From the NCBI GenBank assembly GCA_951406725.2, contig OX597821.1:23188001-23252000 (forward strand): a stretch of 64,000 nucleotides of DNA. Direction: 5' to 3'. The notes under the pieces were generated by a model. The model was not told the DNA's origin. It worked only from the letters and a program-made list of their open reading frames with translations, and ran no database searches. The position numbers and the translations under genes were made by a program. Numbering within the stretch: position 1 is the stretch's first letter; each line of letters opens with the position of its first letter. Positions 56,601-64,000 of the stretch are shown here, one piece after another. Source of the DNA: Octopus vulgaris. Lineage: Eukaryota.

Positions 56601-57109
56601 AAAGATAAATGCGATACAATAAAATTAATTATAATCGCCGGTGTATCAGTACACGCCATATATTATTCATATATCATTACATTCAAGGCGAAGAGTGAAC
56701 TAGATACACAATAGCTGGATAAATTTAGTGAGATGAAAATTAAAAACTTTTACAAACTTAGCTTTTCTTAAACTGCAGTTTCGCCAAATTCAGTAATAAA
56801 AATAATATTTATTTACTCAGGCTGGCTCTTCAGTAAGATTCCTGTTAATGATGGGAAGACCATATCAATAGACCCATGTGCGTCTATTGAAATGCTCTTT
56901 CTAAACTATTCAAAACACTGCGCAGACTCAGAACAAACCCGACAAAATAGGGGATTGTGGTATATCGTCTAACGGTCAGAAATTTATCGAGAGAATATGT
57001 AAACAAAGATAAATGCGATACAATAAAATTAATTATAATCGCCGGTGTATCAGTACACGCCATATATTATTCATATATCATTACATTCAAGGCAAAGAGT
57101 GAACTAGAT

Positions 57110-57112
<3 letters not shown>
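56596..57112 (-). mobile_element. Retrozyme-like element: 404-bp unit plus 113-bp terminal direct repeat, within (TA)n
   Basis: 56596-56708 equals 57000-57112 with one mismatch; carries an intact hammerhead; no ORF. Confidence 0.8.
56766..56838 (-). ncRNA. Type-I hammerhead ribozyme, intact core
   Basis: UCUUA CUGAAGA GCCA-(long loop)-UGGC GAAAC UGCA GUU^UAAGA; predicted cleavage between 56771 and 56770. Confidence 0.85.
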
Positions 57113-57156
<44 letters not shown>

Positions 57157-57738
57157 CATCAAGTATTAAAGGTTGCCGTGGTTATGTAAAATCCAATCCA
57201 AAAGACAACGTGGATCAAGTAGGTACTGTAAGTTTAGAGTGAATACTTGATAAGTGTAAACACCTGTATATGCCAGATAGTGGCAGAGGTGAGAGAGAAT
57301 AGATCAAACGTATCTACAGTTACACCCTAGTAAACATATACATACACAACCATATTGTTAATTTGCTACTCCCTTTTATCACTTATATTTATTTCCTTTC
57401 TTTTTAAATCATTTCCTTTATTGATCATCCCTCATTTCAACTTGTTGTTACTTAATACCAGGTCTATTGGATTTGTCATAGACACATGTAAAAAACCTTT
57501 TTTTAAAAACTTTAAAAACTTTTATAAACTTTTAAAAACTTTTAAATATATGGAGCTCAATCTATTGAGAATAGTATATTAAATATAACTGTTACGTACT
57601 CAAAAACAAGATATACACTTGTAAGGTGTATTGTATGTGTGCATACATCGATGGACGTGCGTGAATGTTTGCAGATACTTTACAAGGAGACGCAATTTTT
57701 TTCTATCCTTGTTTCTCTCCTTGTTTCTTTTCTGTGTA

Positions 57739-57776
57739 TCTTTCTGTCGAAGAGCGTAGGCTCGAAACGTAAAAGA
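57739..57776 (+). ncRNA. Minimal hammerhead motif (CUGUCGA core)
   Basis: UCUUU CUGUCGA A GAGC GUAG GCUC GAAAC GUA AAAGA, in a repeat ending at (TA)n near 57873. Confidence 0.6.
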
Positions 57777-57871
57777 CTTGTTTTATTTCTATTCCTGAGC
57801 GCCATACTAATACATTGTTTGTTTGTACTCCACCTGCCTTCGTCTTTTGTTTATTTTCACAAACCTTCCCG

Positions 57872-57932
<61 letters not shown>

Positions 57933-58710
57933 TACGTGTGTTTAAGGATATGTGGATATGGTTGTGTATGTATATGTTTACTAGGGTGTAACTGTAGATA
58001 TGTGTGGAGATGTATGTATAGATTCATGTATTTAAAGCTGTGCATAATGAGGCATACTTGTAAACGCTCGATCATGTTAGCATATATATCTGTACGAGTG
58101 CGTGTGTGTGTACACACATATACATATACTATGACTTCTAAGTAAGAGGATGGATCCATGTAATAGGCAAATTTATAAAGCTAGTAATATCTAGTGGTGA
58201 GTTTGGGTAAACTGACCATTCATCACAATGATATCAAATTACAATCTTAATCTATTAATCAACGAGTGGTCAAACTAAGATATTTATGACCACTACCATC
58301 TCATCAAAGCCCAAATCCTGTTCTCAGCTCTATATCTCTTATCTCTTTATCTCTTATTCTACTTTATGTTTTTATTTATTTTTATTTCTTTTGTTACTTT
58401 ATTCCAATTTTGCTAAATCTTATTTATTATCCTTATTTTTACTTTTATTACTCTTGTATTTACTTCTATTACTTTTATTTCTTTCTTTATTTTTTTCTTT
58501 CTATCTTATATACGCTAATTAAATATAAATTCAATCCAATCTATTTAACATTCACTCTATGCTGAGTGGTGGTACAGTATGGGCACATGTTTGAAATCCA
58601 ACGAACCTTTATACAAATATACTTTTTCAAGGCGATATGATAGACCTATTATAATGGGTAATACTACGCGTACTTCTTATTTTGTGATGTAATCTTTGTA
58701 CTAACAATGT

Positions 58711-58811
58711 TTGCGGATGAAGAGAGCTTTAAACCAACATTTATATCAATAATATACCTATGCTGATGTAATAACAGATTGTTTATAAAGCTTGAAACAC
58801 GTGTACCGCGA
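58711..58811 (+). ncRNA. Type-I hammerhead fold with long stem II and a C3A change
   Basis: GCGG AUGAAGA GAGCUUUA...UAAAGCUU GAAAC ACGU GUA CCGC; about 35 bp from (TA)n. Confidence 0.65.
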
Positions 58812-58842
58812 TATCCTTTGTGTTTTGTTTTTAATTTATGTT

Positions 58843-58917
<75 letters not shown>

Positions 58918-58955
58918 TATAGATATATATATGCATATACATATATACATATACA

Positions 58956-59479
<524 letters not shown>

Positions 59480-59842
59480 ACCGACCAAACTGGTGCTTAC
59501 GAGAGCTGGTACTGTCTTGGTCTTGAACTGCTAACACTATTTTACAGTCTGTGTCTCTCGAAGCATTATACAATTCATCGATTTTAGTGACTGAAGCTGC
59601 AGCCATTTGCGCGCACACACACGCACATAGCGCAAATAGATGGCGCATTTTTCAGCGACATTGTGTTTTATATATGGTGAGCATTTTCTGCATTTGTTGT
59701 TTGGCTGTGTTACCTGAGTATTCAGTGCATGTTCTAACGACGTAATCCATCTTTGTTGGCTCGCAAAAACTTTTAACGTGCAGCATCCATATTTCTAACA
59801 TAAAACTCTTTTGAAACTTCTTAAAATTCATCAACTGACGAC

Positions 59843-60025
59843 TTGACAACCGGTGTTGGTGTGTTTACGCCCCCATATGTTAGCGACAAAAAAAGACCGA
59901 TAGAATAAGTACCTACGGGGCTTTACAAAAAAATAAGAAGTACTGGGGTCGATAAGTTCAACTAAAATTGTTCAAGGTGGTGCCCCAGCATGGCCGCTGT
60001 CTAACGACTGAAGCAAGTAAAAGAT
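59843..60025 (+). mobile_element. SINE family A 3' fragment
   Basis: gacaaccggtgttggtgtgtttacg...ccagcatggccgc...gtaaaaga. Confidence 0.7.
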
Positions 60026-61112
60026 TTATGTTTTGAAGCGGTTTCTCTAGCTTTTCTTGTTTTATTTGAAGCCACCTTTAGAGCCCTTCCCTTGCTACGT
60101 AATTCTTAGTGCCCATTCAATAACTCTTCTTCATCTGTTTTTCGTCTCATATTTTCTCATATGCACAGACCTTATTGCTGTTTTGTAGTCTCATATTTTC
60201 TCACATGCTTCTTGCTGTTTTGTCGTCTTCTTTTTTGTTTTATTCTTTTGTAACGTAAGACGGACACCAACTGGTTCAGTCATGTGACACATCTTTGCAC
60301 TGGGCTGACTCTGTTGTTCTCCGCTTGTGATACATTTATGTTTACTTTTCTTATTCTGCACCGAGATTGGAACTGAGATAACTTCCTGTTTGCAGTGATG
60401 TTAAAATTGAAACATGTTGCAAGGCGAAAGCTGAAAAAGGAAAATCTTGAAAATAGAAATGAAACGGGAAACCGTCAGAATTTTTTTGTTTCTAATCATA
60501 TGAAAGGAAACAACGTAGATAAGTGAAATTTTATATCAACCGTATGAAAGTGTGATCATCTCATTAATGAAAACGTTACGTGAATATTGGATTAGCTGAA
60601 ATGAATTGAGAAGATATATTACTGTTGATGACAGGCCTAAAGAATGTGTGAAGTAATCTATAGGAAACGCTTATGATGTTGAAAATAAATGATGGGGGAA
60701 TTTTAATACAACGACAAAATTTGAAAAATTGCAAATGTAAAATGATATATTGAGAATTCGATGTTTTGTGTGAAAAAAAAAATATTTAAGTGATATTAAG
60801 AATGGGATAGTAAAGAATTTGATATGAACAAAACTAAAACGATTTAACTCTTTTTTTTTTTTTCTTTTATCCTTTGCAGAAATTAATCCAGTCGCTAACA
60901 GAGTGACAACGTTCTTTTGTTTAAGTCAAAACAGTTCTTCGAGTTTGTGGACATGTGAATTGGGTTCTGTGTGTGTGTGTGTGTGTGTGTGTATAAAGTG
61001 ACATATATGTATGTATGCATGTATGTGTGTGAGTTTGTATACGCATGTGTTTACTGTATTTATACATAAGTTTGTGTATATGCATATATGCATGTATGTG
61101 AATGTGTGTGTA

Positions 61113-61171
<59 letters not shown>

Positions 61172-61779
61172 ATGCGTGCATACAACTTATCGGTGAGTAA
61201 ATTGACAACTCTACCGAGTCTGTTTGGTCGGGAGTGGTGCTTCATTGGACGCCCTGCAGGACAAAAAAGCAAAGGGCGGATGAACTTAGTAGAGATAATG
61301 GCTATCTAACAGCCGAGAGAGAGAGAGAAAGAGAGAGGGGGGGGAGAAAGCCAGAGACAAAGAGATACTGACCCCTAATTTTGCTTTAGACATTTCTCTA
61401 GAAGTACGAAAGCAACGACAGTGACTTCGTTTGCATCTAATAATGGCAAATGCATGAGTTCTTTAGAGAATGGGTTTGGTTCTGTTCACCGCCTTTCCTT
61501 ACTATACGACGCTTCAGTTACAGGGATCGCTTCAATTCTCTATGTTTTGCATTTATCTCTAATATACTGCGCAAAACACTCAATGAAAAATATCATGATG
61601 GAATGAAAGGATATGTCAGCGCAAATGGTAACTTTCTGAATACCGGCAGTAAGACAATTCCATTGTTGTCACATCTCTGCAAAAGAGAGTGGATCCCTAA
61701 CAGCACTGAAAATCCGCATCCGCTTACCTTAAGATGGCAATCAAACGATAACGTTGCTCGAAATCGAGTCGCACTCATC

Positions 61780-62930
61780 ATGTATGTATGTATGTATGTA
61801 TGTGTGTATGTGTGTATGTATGTATGTATGTATGTATGTATGTATGTATGTATGTTTGTTTGTTTGTATGTATGTGTGTATGTATGTATGTGTGTATGTG
61901 TGTATGTATGTATGTATGTATGCATGTATGTATGTATGTATGCATGTATGTATGTATGTGTGTGTGTGTATGTATGTATGTATGTATGTATGCATGCATG
62001 CATGTATGTATGTATGTATGTATGTATGTAAGTATGTATGTATGTATGTATGTGTGTATGTATGTATGTATGTATGTATGTAAGTATGTATGTATGTATG
62101 TATGTATGTATGTATGTTTGTATGTATGTATGTTTGTATGTATGTTTGTATGTATGTATGTATGTATGTATGTATGTATGTATGTATGTATGTATGTATG
62201 TATGTATGTATGTATGTATGTATGTATGTATGTATGTATGTGTGTGTGTGTATGTATGTATGTATGTATGTATGTATGTGTGTATGTATGTATGTATGTA
62301 TGTTTGTTTGTTTGTTTGTATGTATGTATGTATGTATGTATGTGTGTATGTGTGTATGTATGTATGTATGTATGTATGTATGTATGTATGTATGTATGTA
62401 TGTATGTATGTGTGTGTGTATGTATGTATGTATGTATGTATGTATGTATGTATGCATGTATGTATGTATGTATGTATGTATGTATGTATGTATGTATGTA
62501 TGTATGTATGTATGTATGTATGTATGTATGTTTGTTTGTTTGTATGTATGTGTGTATGTATGTATGTATGTATGTATGTATGTATGTGTGTATGTATGTG
62601 TGTATGTATGTATGTATGTGTGTGTGTATGTATGTGTGTATGTATGTATGTATGTATGTATGTATGTATGTATGTATGTATGCATGCATGCATGCATGTA
62701 TATATGTCTGTATGTATGCATGTATGTATGTATACATGCATGTATGTATGTATGTATGTATGTATGTATGTATGTATGTATGTATGTATGTATGCATGCA
62801 TGTATGTATGTATGTCTGTATGTATGTATGTATGTATGTATGTATGTATGTATGTATGTGTGTATGTATGTGTGTATGTATGTATGTATGTATGTATGTG
62901 TGTGTGTGTATGTATGTATGTATGTATGTA

Positions 62931-62967
<37 letters not shown>

Positions 62968-62995
62968 ATGTATGCATGCATGCATGTATGTATGT
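61780..62995. repeat. ~1.2-kb (TATG)n compound microsatellite
   Basis: Direct reading. Confidence 0.98.
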
Positions 62996-63184
62996 AGACT
63001 TGTTTGTATGTATGTATTTACTAACGTATGTACGTATGTCTATGTATACGTTCCAAACTGTAGGCTATTGTTTCTCACTTTGAGTGACATTTTGCATTTG
63101 GGCCCATCCTCAAGTATAAGGTCACGTATTAATGTGACTTTTGATACTTTCTATAAACTTAGGTAAAACCAAACACCACTGTAG

Positions 63185-63400
<216 letters not shown>

Positions 63401-63446
63401 CTGTCTGACGGTCTGTCTGAATGTCTGTCTGTGTATGTACGTTTAC

Positions 63447-63506
<60 letters not shown>

Positions 63507-63618
63507 TGTATATATATATGTGGGTATACATATATATATATATGTGTGTGTATATATATATAGATACACATATATATGCGCGCGTGTATGTATGTGCACA
63601 CACACACACACACACACG

Positions 63619-63655
<37 letters not shown>

Positions 63656-63742
63656 GTATGTTTTATCTAACTATCTATCTATCTATATCTATATATATAT
63701 CAACATTATGAAAATATCACCAAAGACATACATACATACACA

Positions 63743-64000
63743 CCTAACCCAGGGGACCTAAAACTACGATCCATTGTAGCTGGCCCAGCCTGTGAAACGC
63801 ACAGACTAAGTCTATTTATGGACATCCTCTTGAAACCCTTCCTTAAACACATCGATAGTCATATCAGAGATGACTTGGATATGTTAAACCACCTTCCAAA
63901 AAAAGTCAAGGAAGAAACAATCATGGTTTCATTTGATGTAGTTAATTTATATACCAGTATACCTCATAATTATGGACTAGAGGCAATACAGTTCTGACTG
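63743..64000 (+). pseudogene. Penelope-like element reverse transcriptase fragment (runs off the window)
   Basis: Hand translation: PNPGDLKLRSIVAGPACETHRLSLFMDILLKPFLKHIDSHIRDDLDMLNHLP..MVSFDVVNLYTSIPHNYGLEAIQF*; typical of Penelope RT, with a premature TGA. Confidence 0.85.

Overview
AT-rich, microsatellite-dense eukaryotic DNA that is mostly intronic or intergenic. The SINE families and (TA)n/(CATA)n/(AAT)n load resemble an Octopus (coleoid cephalopod) genome; this is recognition, not a database match. Most ORFs in the supplied track are microsatellite artefacts. The only host-gene signal I can support is a 57-nt first coding exon on the minus strand (9789-9733, MNSNAACDPLSPPATPTSP, then GTAAGT). 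Mobile DNA: three related Helitrons (one with a fused Rep/helicase ORF), a full-length frameshifted mariner, decayed Tc1 and DD41D-like transposons, MITEs, a 5'-truncated CR1-group LINE with an uninterrupted EN-RT ORF, R4/Dong-like, RTE and Penelope RT fragments, many tRNA-derived SINEs and a truncated tRNA-Glu. Most notable: (1) several short, mostly (TA)n-embedded elements carrying type-I hammerhead ribozyme folds, including one with an intact core inside a 404-bp unit with a 113-bp terminal direct repeat (retrozyme-like); (2) a ~1.6-kb fold-back inverted duplication in which one arm preserves the empty site of a Helitron inserted in the other.
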